Assembly: GCA_965153455.1 (NCBI GenBank)
Contig: OZ234493.1
Location: forward strand, 27,890,213-27,954,212
Origin: Sphagnum compactum
Taxonomy: Eukaryota
Direction of reading: 5' to 3'
DNA length: 64,000 nt
How positions within the stretch are numbered: the stretch's first letter is position 1; each line of letters starts with the position of its first letter. The notes under the pieces are model-generated. The model saw only the letters and a list, made by a program, of their open reading frames with translations. It made no database searches and was not told the origin of the DNA. Positions 50,677-63,110 of this stretch are shown in pieces. The position numbers and the translations under genes are program-made.

Positions 50677-53600
50677 CACTATGCCAAAAAGATGGATGTA
50701 TGACTACCATCCATGACTAGATGACCAGTCGTAGATGCCATTGGTGACCACATGATTGTATAGTCCATAGAAACTCATCTTTTATGCCACTGGTCGTATT
50801 TGTGCCCATAGTCGTAAATGTTATGTCACATGACTGGAGTCATAGTAGGCATGACCTAGGCCATCTAATTGAATTGATTTGATCCACCCATTTTAAAAAA
50901 ATTACTGTAAAAACGATTTAAAAAGCTCTTGGGCCATTGACACATCATAGGTAAACAACAAATCTTCATCCAGGTGGATCAATCATAAAGCAATATAAAA
51001 TTTGGTTTGGGTTTGCGTCAGGTTTAGTCAAGGTTCGATTTAGGCTTGGATCAACTTTGGTTTTAGTTTGCCATAAATTCAAGTAGGCTGGGTTTAGGTT
51101 TAGGATGGGTTCGAATTAACTTTGGATTAACTTCAACTTAGGTTTGGGATATGTTTGGATTAGGTTTGGGTTGGGTTTGGGTTATGTTCAACTTAGGTTT
51201 TGGATACATTTGGATTAGGTTTGGTTTAAATTTGACTTAGATTTGGGCTAGGTTTGGATTAGGTTGGGTTAGTTTCAACTTAGGTTGGGTCTAAGTTCAG
51301 ATTAGGTTTGGGTTTTCTTCAGCTTAAGTTTGGGCTAGGTTTAGGTTAGGCTAGAATTTGTTTTAGTTTAGGTTTCAGCTAGGTTCATAATGGGTTTGGT
51401 TTTTATTCGGAATACATTCGAGTGTGTTTTGGTAGGTTTGGATTAAGGTTAGTTTAGGTTCGGCTTGGTGTTAGTTTAATCTTGTGTTGGCTGCTTGATA
51501 TGATCATCACCCATCCAAGTGAACTTCCTAAATACAAATCCAAAGAGGTAGATTTTGGCACAATCTAACAACTTTATTGCCATGATAAACTAGATTGCAC
51601 AAAATTGCTTTCATTTGGTGTCAACAGGAATTAATTTCCATAACCCAAGGTCCATATCCTCCACTATGATTGTCCATGCCTTTGACCTAGCTAATCTACC
51701 CAAAAATAACACATGAACATATTACCCAACATAAGGTTTCAAGAGAAAGGTTGGTTATCATGCGCTTCATAAGCTACAATCCTTAAGAACTTGGATGACC
51801 AAACAATCATAGCGCCTAGGCAGTCCTTCATTTGTGACAGTTGGGTATCCCCTATCATATTTGCATATGGTATTACAACATTGTCATAAACACCTCTTGA
51901 ACTTTGATAGCAACATATTCAACATGTATATCCTTCCCAGAAAGCTTGCTTCCACTTAGCCCAAAGATAATTGTTCTTGTTGGTTTCCGTTTACAAATTG
52001 GGTCAAACAGTAGCACCTCTGTCCCCATGCGAATCTACACACCCCAAATTAGTTTGCATGCATGTGTCTCTCCCAAAAATATGTTTGGACAAATATGCTC
52101 TCATAAATTACTCCAAGATCCACCTCACATATTGTTGCAAAAATGTTCAAATCCCTAAGTTCGACTATCTGATGTGAGTACATCCCACCGTGCATGATTC
52201 TAATTTGCCATATGCATATGCACCATAGGAATGATCATGGAAATTTGGCATTTGAAAGTTCTTAACTAAACCATAATGAAAGGATTACAATTGCAGTCCA
52301 TAGTCCATACCTGAGTTGCATTCAGCTTTGTTGTAGCATGTACCTTGTTAGGTTTCAATTGATTTATGATGGTTGGGTCTTGCATACAATCAAGACATCA
52401 ATAATCAGAGTAGACACCTTTTTGCTTTAGGCGCAATGGATGTGATGGGTTATGTTCCTTGCCTTTGGAGATGCACTAGCTGGTGCATTAGCTGGATTTG
52501 GTGATTTCATCATTGTATCCTGCATGCATAACAAGTATTTCAAATTTAACATAAGGTTTAATCATAAGTAAGTTCTTTGGGAAGGGCAAGGTGTGGGTTC
52601 TTACTTGGGCCAAGGGCATTGCATAACATCCAAGTTGAACTTGTGTTTGTTCAGCATGGAGTGCACCCAATAGACTTGATATGCTTTTCACTACAACACC
52701 TGTCCCCACCACCTGTTGTGCTTCCATAATTGTCCCCAGAACATTAGTGTTGTCTTGCACACCAATGTTTGATTGTGTTATTATTGTAGCCACATGATCT
52801 ACTTCTTGCAACCCATCATGCACCTAACTACTAATGCCTTGTCCAAGTGTTGTACATTGTTTAAGGTCATGCACCTCACTCTTTTGTATTGAATCAGTTG
52901 ATTGCATGTTAATTTCTAGAAAAGGCATATGGACACCAAGTTTTTTTCGTGAAGGCCTTTTGCATGTTAATGACCACATTCAATGATGACCGTAACTCTC
53001 CAATTGTAGTTGCAAACTGTCCAATCGTAGTTGTATTTTTCTCATGTTTGCGATTTGCAATAACTTGCCATGCCATGATTCCTTCCATTTTACCAGTGAT
53101 CTCAGTGAACATTGAACATCTGGGTCCTACAATTCACATGTGTCACAATCCAAAATCAAAACAACTATTTGGTTTTGTCTGTCTTGAATTTAATTACTAA
53201 TTTCAATGCCAGTGGTCATAATTCCTGGGTCAATGCAAGCATCCAACTGCTTAGAACTTTGTCAAGTTTATCTTGGTCCAAATTAATGATGTAATTGTGG
53301 GATTGAAGTAATGAACATCACCATAACCACCACTAGCTAAAATATGAAACAAAATAATCACATGGCAAAGGGAATTTGGGTGGCTTACCACAGATGCAAA
53401 ACTGATGGGTGTAACTCCCACGTTCCCACTTTGCATCTCTCCTAGCAAAGGTTGTTGTCCATGTGCTTACATATAACCCTCTAAAACATATAGTTAGTTT
53501 GATATAAACATCGATGACATCCCATAAACTCATAACACTAGTAGTGTAATCAGTAGGTAATTACATGCATATGCATTAATAATGCACTCAACTAGGGCTT

Positions 53601-56600
53601 TCACTTACAATACGTGCCTTCGCTTGCAGTAGCCCACCTCAGCAAGTCTTTGAATGGTTCTTCACTTGTGATCAAGCATTACACAAGTGTTCCTACTGTG
53701 CCAAGAATTCTTGAGAATTCCAGTATTGCACCAAAGCTTGCCATATATTTTTTGCGCACATCTCTGGCTTGGCCCCACCTACACCCAACGGTAATCCCAA
53801 TTCAACTCCAAATTCAAGCATGACACTTCTAGAACCAGGCACCATTAAACCTAATGGATAGAATCCCCAAACCTTTTGCATAAGTTTTATGCCACTCCCA
53901 ACGCTTTGTCTTCATGAGTCAACCACATGTGACCCGCATGTGCTCACAATCCATACCAAGTTTAATGTAGTCAAACTGATTTTCCAAATTTTCCTTCAAC
54001 TACTCCAACTTCTCTTTGTTTTGGTAATCAATGGAGTTGCTTATGTCCAGTAGCCTTACTACATGTCTTTTTAATGCTACAAGCCATTGATTTCGGCTTG
54101 GACCAATGGCCAGCCCGTAGGGCTTATAGTGATAAGTGGTTTTGTAGCTTATTCCCCAAGCTCAGTTCTTTGCTACATTTTGGTTTTTTTGCGATTGCTT
54201 GATTTTGCCTACAAATGGCATTGGTCTGCAAACATTTAATGTCAACTTTTATTAGGTTATCAATATCTTCTTCCAATTTTGCACTCTTGCGGGGACACCT
54301 TCCATGTTCCACATGTTGCTGGCAACTATTGTAGCTTCTTGGTTGTAGACCATATGGGCTAGTTGGGTGCACCTCTTCCTCTGGATAATAAAAAAGAGGT
54401 TGTTCAGCCCTAGAAGATGTAGGTCAGGAAATTGCTAGTGGGTACGGTAGATACCTATGCATTGGGATCTGCTCATGAGTAGGATACTGATGCCCAAGGC
54501 TAGGGGCACTTGGCCTCATGCCTCTAGGGGGCATGACTGGGGGGGGGCCGCTGAGACCCCTGACCCACCACTGCCACGCCTTGGGGTGGCTACTAGTGGC
54601 ATCCTTGGGCCCTGAACCAATTGTGCACGCTTGTTTACACCGTACAAAACCATAACACTCTATCATGTGCACATGTGACATGAAACACTACAACTACCTA
54701 AAATGTTAGTGTCTAAAATGTCTAAAATGTTTGCAACTACTTGAGGTTACCAACAAAGAAACTAAAAGTCCAAGTTTAAATGGAGTCAAACAAGCTAGAG
54801 GGTTAACCAACAACACAACATTCCTAAAATTGGAACTTGTTAAAGTCTTGAATGCTTCCATGTATCTTCTATTCTGCATGTTCAAGTTTAAAAGAAATAT
54901 TACTTAAATATTTGTCTATTTAATTGTAGATTTAATTGGGTTCTTTTCAACACCTAAGTGTAATGGTGACATTATCTTCACCACTGTCTCCCACGCATTC
55001 ATCTGGTGCGAGGCAGAAATCCTCATCAAGGTCAACATTGGTGTCTTCAAAGTCCACTCGAAGTAGCCGAACTAATCCACACATTGTTCTTCAGCCATAC
55101 TGGAATAACTTTTGGATGTTATTCTATTGCTACATCATGGGGGGTTTGTGGATATAACATTTGCAAGTTTGGACACCCTGGGTGTAGGTTTCATTATAAA
55201 ATGTTCCTTCAACCTATACACAACATGTGGTCAACATGATGCAGATTATAAAATGAATGAAAGTATTAACTCTAAACAATATTGTAGTTCAAATTTGAAA
55301 GCAACCAATTATTTTTCCTTTTAGGATCACTAAAAGTGCACTACATGTACCTACACTGTTGCATCTAAAGCCATACGTTTCTTCTTTTCCCACCTCTTGG
55401 AAGTGTTTTCTTCAGTAAAACCCAAATTATAGACTCACCTACTTACGTTAGGTAAAAGTTCTTCAAGCCTTTTTGGTTCTTTACGATGGTTTGTCGTCAA
55501 AGCTCCTCGTAGGGGTTTGGGTCACACTCTTGCACTTGGTTGCTTGAATAATTGTTAATCCTCTCCATAAAACCCTGAAAAACAACATATAAACCTTACA
55601 AGAAAAGTTGTAAACAAAGTTATTCCTACAAGATGTAAAGAACCAAATTCTATAATCGTAACTGTTACCTTATTGAGGCATTTGCAGACATTTGAGCACA
55701 CACAAAGGAGAAGTTGTGAAGAAAAGTTGGTGTGCATTGCCAGGAACCCACAACTCTTGTGTGAATACTGTAATAAAGCTAGCAAACACACAACACATGA
55801 ACAAGGTTAACACTTTAGGTGATATTTACAAATTTTAAACAACACTTTGCAATATTAGCCAATTCACATGGAACAATTGGGTTGGTTTAGAGGCTTCCAC
55901 ATAAAGTCAATTTGTAAATCAATCATGATTGTTGGTTGATAGATAGATAGGTTAAGTTACCAAACATACATTGTATAAACATTCGCTGGAGATGAATTGC
56001 AAACATTGGTTGGGTGGAATCAAACCAAGGGAATACAAGTGCATATTAATTAAATTGACAAATAACTACCATGCGATTACTAGCATTATGCAAAGATACA
56101 TCAGTTAAGTTGATTAGCTAATTCTTGCCCAATTACCTCTATCATGTGTGATGTAAGTGAATGCCTTGTTGAGATTCAACAAGGTACTATTCGATAAGAT
56201 TTACTAGGTTTGGCTATCATCATTGTTACCTACCGAATTCATGGGTCAGACAAAACAACGTAAACTTAGTTATTTGAAGGTTTAAGGAATCAAGGAGAAG
56301 AATGGAAATATAAGGAGAGGCAAGGAGTAGTTTTTACTAGGTAGCCTAGGATGGGTGATATTCTTGTACTCAGACCTGATAATATACACACACAACTTCC
56401 TTGTCTGATGCTGATTCTATGTGCATGTTCCATTTTCTCATGCTTGCTGATAATAGAGTGTAGCTTGCAATATGTCTTAATTATTTGGGTATGTGGTACC
56501 GTGCGTAGTTTTGTAGACAAGAACCTAGTAGCGATGTCGAACTTAATTTTCATCAAAAGCATCACTAATATTTGGTGACCATGCTGGGGATAATTAATAA
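50677..56600 (-). mobile_element. Decayed CACTA element: left terminus plus ORF2/TnpA-like relic; right boundary uncertain
   Basis: CACTATGCCAAAAA at 50677 is followed by TGACTA/TAGTCG subterminal repeats. Minus-strand relic at about 51780-52020 reads TEVLLFDPICKRKP..GKDIHVEYVAIKVQEVF..VIPYANMIGDTQLSQMKDCLGAMIVWSSKFL, resembling the Tnp1/En/Spm-type C-terminal domain. Further broken minus-strand ORFs run to about 54.7 kb. Confidence 0.5.
51000..51480. repeat. Degenerate GT-rich simple repeat (TTAGGTTTGGG-like)
   Basis: Dozens of imperfect TTAGGTTTGG(G/A) units inside the CACTA subterminal arm. Confidence 0.75.
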
Positions 56601-56623
56601 CAGAAGTTCATAATGGAACATCA

Positions 56624-57171
56624 TCTTATATATAAAGTGCCTTGTCCGTGCGTGCGTGTGTCCGTCCAGGTCCTGACAGTGGAGGTCTTGTCCGTCCGTC
56701 GAGGTCCTGAAACCCAGATCGGGACCCGCCTGTCCGTCCGTCGGGTCGAGGTCCTGAAACCGGCCTAGCTCCTCTTTTCCGGGTTTTCGTGAAACCCGGC
56801 AGTTCTGTGCACGAAAACCCGGCAGTTCTGTGGATGAAATATTATACGTTTTTAGTTCCGTCCAATGAGCTCAGAGTTCTGGATGGGTGGTTATGGGGAT
56901 GAGATATCATGTATTTGTAGTTCCGTCCAATTAGGAGGAGTGATTTGTGGATGAAATATTAAAGATTTGGTAATTTTGTCCACTTAGAGCTTTCGATGGA
57001 TTGATTATGTGGATGAAATATTTATGTATTCATAAGTTTCGTCCAATTAGGAGTTCTGGATGAATGATTATGCAGGTGAGTATGGGGTTTTTTGGGGTCT
57101 CCTTTGGACTCCCAGTTTATTCCCAGTGCCGTGTCGTGCCTGCAAGCCTTGCAGGCACGGGAGCCCACTAG
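56624..57171 (+). mobile_element. Non-autonomous Helitron (548 bp)
   Basis: 5' end A|TCTTATATATAAAG at 56624. A perfect palindrome CGTGCCTGCAAG-C-CTTGCAGGCACG lies at 57135-57159, followed by an 8-nt spacer and CTAG|T ending at 57171. The insertion is between A and T with no TSD. Internal GTCC(GTCC) and about 60-bp GTGGATGAAATATT repeats. Confidence 0.85.
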
Positions 57172-57536
57172 TATGAGAAAATTTCTCAAACTGTTTGGTT
57201 GCTATTTGGGTATTTCTCTACTAAATGCCTTCGGAGAGAAAGATGCCGCTTTGCAAGTGCGCGTTGGTCGGTTTTCTTCTTCTTCGTCTTCTTCTTCGTC
57301 GTCCCTCAGAGAACTAGACAAGTGGGAGTTGGTCTCCATCTTCTTCTGAACGTCCCTTAGGGAACTAGACAAGTGGACGATGGTCAGTTTGCATGAATTT
57401 TTCGCAAACAACACTGTCTCATGTGTTGTTGTTGTTGTGAAATTGCAATTTGGTACTTCTTGTTGAGGATCTAAGGTAGCATTTGTAGTGAGATTTTTTG
57501 GAAAACAAGAGTCTTGATCACAAGAAGCTGTTGCTC

Positions 57537-58126
57537 TCTAGTATATAGTAAAGGAAGGATGAAGCTTCCCCTGACTCCGCTCGGTACGGACAGAGCCTCC
57601 CTTATATCCGTGCGTCCCGTCAATCCAAGGGTGCACATTTGTTTCTATTTTGCAACTGGGGGTCCAAAGAGGTACTTCTATTGGGGGCATGCCCCAAAGT
57701 TCCAAAACAATTGCAGGTGGGCCAATCAATATGGCTCCATTAAAATAAGTAAAAAAGTTGTGAGGGCACCCATGATGTAATTAATATGAATCACACTATG
57801 ACATTCCTAAGAACACTCACAGTTTGAAATGCGAAGGACCGGGCGAGGGGGATCGACGGGTTAAAAACCCGGAGTGGGAAATGCGAAGGATCGGGCGAGG
57901 GGGATCGACGAGTTAAAGACCTGGAGTGGGAAATGCGAAGGACTGGGCATGGAGGATCGACGGGTTAAAAACCCAAAATGGGAAATGCGAAGGACCGGGC
58001 GAGGGGGGGCTCGACGGGTTAAAGAATTGAAGTGAAAAATGCGAAGGATTGGGCCGAGGGGGGGGGTCGATGGGGTTGAACCAAACATTGTTGAAATAAG
58101 ACACCAGTGCACGGGGCACACACTAG
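57537..58126 (+). mobile_element. Probable second non-autonomous Helitron, different family, with truncated 3' hairpin
   Basis: Starts TCTAGTATATAGTAAAGG and ends CAGTGCACGGGGCACACACTAG|T. Only a partial hairpin is present, and the 5' flanking base is C rather than A. Confidence 0.5.
57826..58080. repeat. 52-bp GC-rich tandem repeat, 5 copies
   Basis: GAAATGCGAAGGACCGGGCGAGGGGGATCGACGGGTTAAAAACCCGGAGTGG units start at 57826, 57878, 57930, 57982 and about 58036. Confidence 0.9.
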
Positions 58127-58926
58127 TGCATAAATATATCTTGTAAATGTAGAATTTTGTATTATGTATATTTTGAGCAAATGGATACAATTACAATATG
58201 GGGGTAAAAGTTATTCTAACCTTTCGTGTTAATCAACCTAGTCATATGTTAGAAGATATGTCATTGAAGGGTGCCAACTATGTCCAAGATTTTTTTGAAT
58301 TATTCTTGAAGATTGAACAATACCATGCCAGAAAGATGCCTCCAACGAACAGTTCTTGTCACCAAGCCAGACTTTGCTGTCAGAATCCAGACAATCTTAA
58401 GGGCTGTGCGCATGTACTCCAGAAGGGCACACCATCCTTGCCCGTCTCTTGCCATTGGACGGTGGGAATGGCGTCCAATGATGGGACTCCATTCCCATTT
58501 GGAGAGTTGTCGCAGTACTCGTTGGCCGTGATCGGTCTTCGTCCCTGCGCATTCTTTTCCCGTGGCGCTGCCTTCGAATGCTCTTTTGGATTCGTGCTCG
58601 TGCGAAAGGGAGCAGAATCTGTCTCCGCGCGCTCTCGACAGCGAAGAATTAGTTTGTCCACAACGATCAAGCCATTCAAGATACTTCACAGTGTTTCAGG
58701 GGGCTCCTGGATTTAATGGTTTGGAAGCGTTTAGAGTCAGCCACAATCTTATCGTTGGTAAAAACTTCGGTGTCGCAGAAGAAGAGAGAGAGAAGATAGA
58801 GGATGAGAGAGGCTGCGCTCGGTGTTGGGGAGCGTGATTCTCTCAAAGAGGAGATAGAGAGACTCTTTTGTGAGGAATTGGGCACAGGAGATCAGGTGTG
58901 ACTGGGAAGGTTGTGGAGGAGCTAGG

Positions 58927-60670
58927 ATGGTCAGAGGGGGACGAGGAGAGACGATGGATCACGAGGCCTGAGCAGCATTAACATCTTCGCCGCCCTCGAG
59001 AGCCGCCGTGCAAGTCTAAAGAAGAATGGGGAGAAGGAGAAGCAGCCCGGTTGCAGAAATGAGCCGGAGAACAAGCAGAACTTGAGCGAGCCTTTGCAAT
59101 TTTGGGCGCCATCTCAAGTGACGGTGAAGTCCTGGGCCGATTGTAACGACGACGACGACGACGATTACCACGCCACCACTGCACCCCCTGCTGAAGATCA
59201 CTCTCCCGAGCTCCCTCTGGCAGATCCCGATAGCAGATTGAGCCAAGAAGAGGTAAGATCTTCCTCCAAAAAAAAATGTTTCAGGGACATGGATTCGCAA
59301 TGAATTTGAGAGCTGTGCAAAGAACAAGATTGTTTCTTCCGGGAGTGATGACGAAATCGATGTGCAATCTCACCTGAACTATATTTCGAGCAAATTCCTC
59401 CAACAAAATTTCCTTGTGAAGATTAAAATTATGTTTCAATTAGTTTCTTGCCGATCCTGTTCAATCCGCAGTGAATCGAGACGGATTGGGACAACTGATC
59501 TCTGTTCATTTTTTTCTTATTTCAGCTGCAGATTTGAAGATCATCAAGAATCTTTTTATGGAAGCTTTACCTGATGGAATGTTGCAGCTGAAAGGACCAG
59601 GTTTTAGGGTTTTTCAAATGTTAAGGAAATGCACACAGTCAATGATTCTGGTTACTGCTTTGCTGTTTCTGAAGGTCATTCTTTTGCTTACAATGGCACT
59701 CTTGGAGTAAGCGTTTATTGTTTAGTTTACACATAGAGTTTTGCACTGTTTGTTGGTGTAGCAGGAAAGTGAACGCAGGAATGAGGAACAATGAGAAGAA
59801 GAGGAAGTTGGCAATGACAATGAGAGTGAGGAGAATGGAGAGTTATCAGGGATACAGGAATGTTAGAGATGCCTGCAGCTGAAAAGAAGGCAGCATGCCA
59901 GCATTCAAAGAGGGAATTGAAGAAAAAGGGGCTTGCTGAGCTTGAAGCAGTGCTTGCTGAGTTTGGCCTCTCACAAAATGATGGAAATTTTATGGATCTA
60001 ACTTTGGTTCTCTTGACCCATGTGCACATTTGCATGGTTTTGACTTTGGACATAGATTTCTTCATCTCCTTTTTGGTGCCTTGTTTGATCTACAGTAGTG
60101 CTGGCATGGGCTTATCACAAGCAAGTTGTATTGATTGCACCAAGTGCAAGATGTGGTTAGAATAGGCAACATCAGAAAAATTGGAGAATGTCCTAATGTC
60201 AAGCTGTCACAGTAAGTCCTCACATGCAATGAATGACTGCAGGTTCTACTCTTACAGTCTCCAAAAGGAAAGGGGATGAAATTTCTGATGAAAATAGTGA
60301 AGAGTCTGAGAACAAACAAATCGAAGAGGAGGAGCCCTCACTAGTAGGAAGTAAAAGTTCAAAGAGGAGAAAGGTGAAGAAGGAAAAGCCATTCAAGGAT
60401 ATCCATGTTCCTTCAATGCCCAAGAGTGAAGCAGGAACAAAAGAAGAATCAGCAGGAGATGCAGGTGACGTAAATTCAGTTGCACCTGACCCTGAAGAAG
60501 TATTGAGGTGGTTAGCAACCTTGAAGAAGAAAAAGTCCATGAAAGATGCAGATGCTGCTGCTAAGGCTGGATCAAGTGAAACAGCTACTAGGGCAGCCAG
60601 GCTTGCTGCAGCAAAGAAAAGAGAGAAGCCTCACTACAATCAGCAGCCTCTAGATAAACCAATTTCTTAG
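58927..60670 (+). pseudogene. Disabled 3-exon copy of a conserved uncharacterised plant acidic/Lys-rich protein (recalled as AT2G25670/AT4G32610-like)
   Basis: Conserved blocks: MV.GG.RRDDGS..NIFAALE, FWAPSQVTVKSWADCNDDDDDDYHATTAPP, SKRELKKKGLAELEAVLAEFG, KKKKSMKDADAAAK..ARLAAAKKREKPHYNQQP. Exons are about 58927-59252, 59765-59983 and 60243-60670. Lesions: frameshift in the G-run after the ATG, TGA at 59792, a second frameshift in exon 2, and an exon-2 donor reading GA instead of GT. Confidence 0.78.
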
Positions 60671-62932
60671 AGAAAGAAGATATTGATCCATACAGGTATA
60701 CTCCATCCCTCTGTGCCGTTCATTCACAATCCGATGTGATCCAAGGGTCATTGCAAGATCTTAAGGGAGTATCAGAGTGGTCTGGTGTGACCAGTGCATG
60801 TCTGACTTTCCTTGGATTTCTTATGTATCAAGGAAATTTTCAAAAGTGGCAGGCCAATTCGCTCTTCTGGATGTGTTTCTCCTTATTTGCTATCAGTTGG
60901 GGGCTGGTTTTGGTGAATGATTGTGTGAAATTTACTGTTTCTGGAAGGATTTGTTCCCAAGCTTAGAATGAGTTGAAAATCTGAAAGATGATTTGTGTGT
61001 CAAAGTATGTTATCTTGCATTGCTTATTCCTATGTATGGTCTACTACAGATAAAGAGATCAGATGGGAATTGATTGTAGTAGCAGGGTTTTGTAGCAGTC
61101 TTTGGATTATGTGTTGTATCAAGTAGTATGAGCCTTGTTGGCAATTCATTTACAGACACAAGTGTTTCTTCCTGAGCAGTATCACCTGTTTACCAATAAT
61201 GAGGAAATGTGGAAAGGATTGTTTCCCTTCCTTTTGAACCCTATGTCTTGCTGTGGCTTGCTAAGTATCAAAATGTCTTCACACCTACTGGATGTTAAAC
61301 ACTGAAGCTGACAACTGTGCATCTCTTTTCAATATAAGTAATTTTCACTTGTATGTGGGGTTTCATCATGTGTTCAAAAGAAAGTTGAAATGCAACACAT
61401 ATCAGAGTGCTTGCACCTGTGGAAAACTGCAGAGAACTGAGAGTTTGTGTTTGGATTTAGCAATGTCCCAAGATTCAATGTCTGCAACATTGAAATTTTT
61501 GACAAGTGTTCTGAGCTTTAGTATCCAGGTAGAAACATGATCATATGCTTCAGGTTGATGCACATATTACGGTTCTGCCAAATTTGCAGTATTCAACAGT
61601 CAGTTTTATATGTTCTTAAGGCTTTCTAACTCAAATGGGGAGCTTAATTAGTCTACTGGGGAGAAAAGACCAGTTTCTAAAGTTTCTACCAATTTAACCA
61701 GAGGTTTGCATTACAAAAAGATTGAGTTTGGGCTTCTATCTTTTTAAGGGCTTCTAAATCCAAACTGGGGAGCTTTTCCAAGCCAAGTTTGTCCTTGAAA
61801 GATCAGGCTTTTAGAGGGAGCTTTACAAGGCCCACTTTCAAAAGTCAAGCTTTTAAAGTTCTCAAATCTTGTTTCTCTCCTTCCTCTTTCCTTGTTGGGG
61901 TTTTGTTCTTATTCTTTCTTATGTTCCTCTTTCTCCATGGTTTCATGGGTTTTCGTCTTCTCTCAATCTATTCATGTTGAGTTGAATTATAGGTATAGAG
62001 AAGCTCTCAGTACTCATGCAGATATTGTCTACAACTGAAGTATAGTGCAAGTTCTTGCATAGCGATTGAGTTCATTTGAATGGTTTGCCACATGGCAATG
62101 AATCTAATTTTCCATTGCTAGTGTAGACCCAAACAGAATCTTGCTAGTTGACATGATGCATTAGTCTGCAGTGAACTGGGTAGATTGGACTATGTCAAGA
62201 CCTCCCAACTCAGAGTACTTGTAAATTATGTCTTTCTGCTTGCTTTGTATGAGTGCCCCCTATGCACTCTTTAGTCTCCAAAATAGCAACAGTAGGAATT
62301 TGGCACACAAATGATTGAACTAATATTCTGTGTGGCTATGTAGATCTAGTTTGAATTCTGTGTGTTGTCACACAGCAAAACCATGTTCTAGTCATTTTGG
62401 GATCAACATTTTGTGTAGGGTAAAGCCCCATGGTGGGGGCATTCTCCAAATAAGGGGCCTGGGAAGACAGGCAGTAGCTGAGTCTGACCCCACATTTCAG
62501 GAATGTTCCCCACCCATGAGCCTTACCCATTGTATGGGTGAACCATACCCCATGAGGCAAACATTATCATAATAAAACATGAGGTGAATGTAATCATAAG
62601 CTTAAACATATGTATGAGTGAGAGGTGCCTTGTAAGTGTAAGAGGTTTGTAGGCCAAAGGTGCCTCCTGCTTCTGAGGAAGCATTATTTAATGTGTATAG
62701 GGTGCCCTCCAGATACACTTGGAAACTTCTCCAGTTGCTTCATGAAATCAACTAAATATGCTTGGAAATTCTATGGGTGCTTTATAGACTTAAGTTACTG
62801 CAGTGATCATTAGTAGACACTACTCAGGAAGGCTGACTTGTATATAAAAGGAAATGTTCTAGACAATACTAAAGAGTAATAACAACCCTTGCACTGAACT
62901 GTTATATCTACTATTTCATTCCTGATTCTTAC

Positions 62933-63110
62933 GCTAGCTGACCCCTACAATCTTTCTTGGGGTATTTTTTTGGTAGTGACAGCACAGTGCCTGCTAGCTG
63001 ACCCCTACAATCTTTCTCGGGGTATTTTTTTGTAGTGACAGCACAGTGCCTGCTAGCTGACCCCTACAATCTTTCTCGGGGTATTTTTTTGTAGTGACAG
63101 CACAGTGCCT
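62933..63110. repeat. 59-60-bp near-identical tandem triplication
   Basis: GCTAGCTGACCCCTACAATCTTTCT(T/C)GGGGTATTTTTTT(G)GTAGTGACAGCACAGTGCCT starts at 62933, 62993 and 63052. Confidence 0.92.

Noticed and set aside
51000-51480. Interstitial telomere array
   Set aside because: Units are irregular TTAGGTTTGG rather than TTTAGGG and lie in a transposon subterminal arm.
58198-58716. 172-aa ORF and overlapping ORFs
   Set aside because: No recognisable motifs. Several overlapping frames in a GC-richer promoter-like region are expected by chance.
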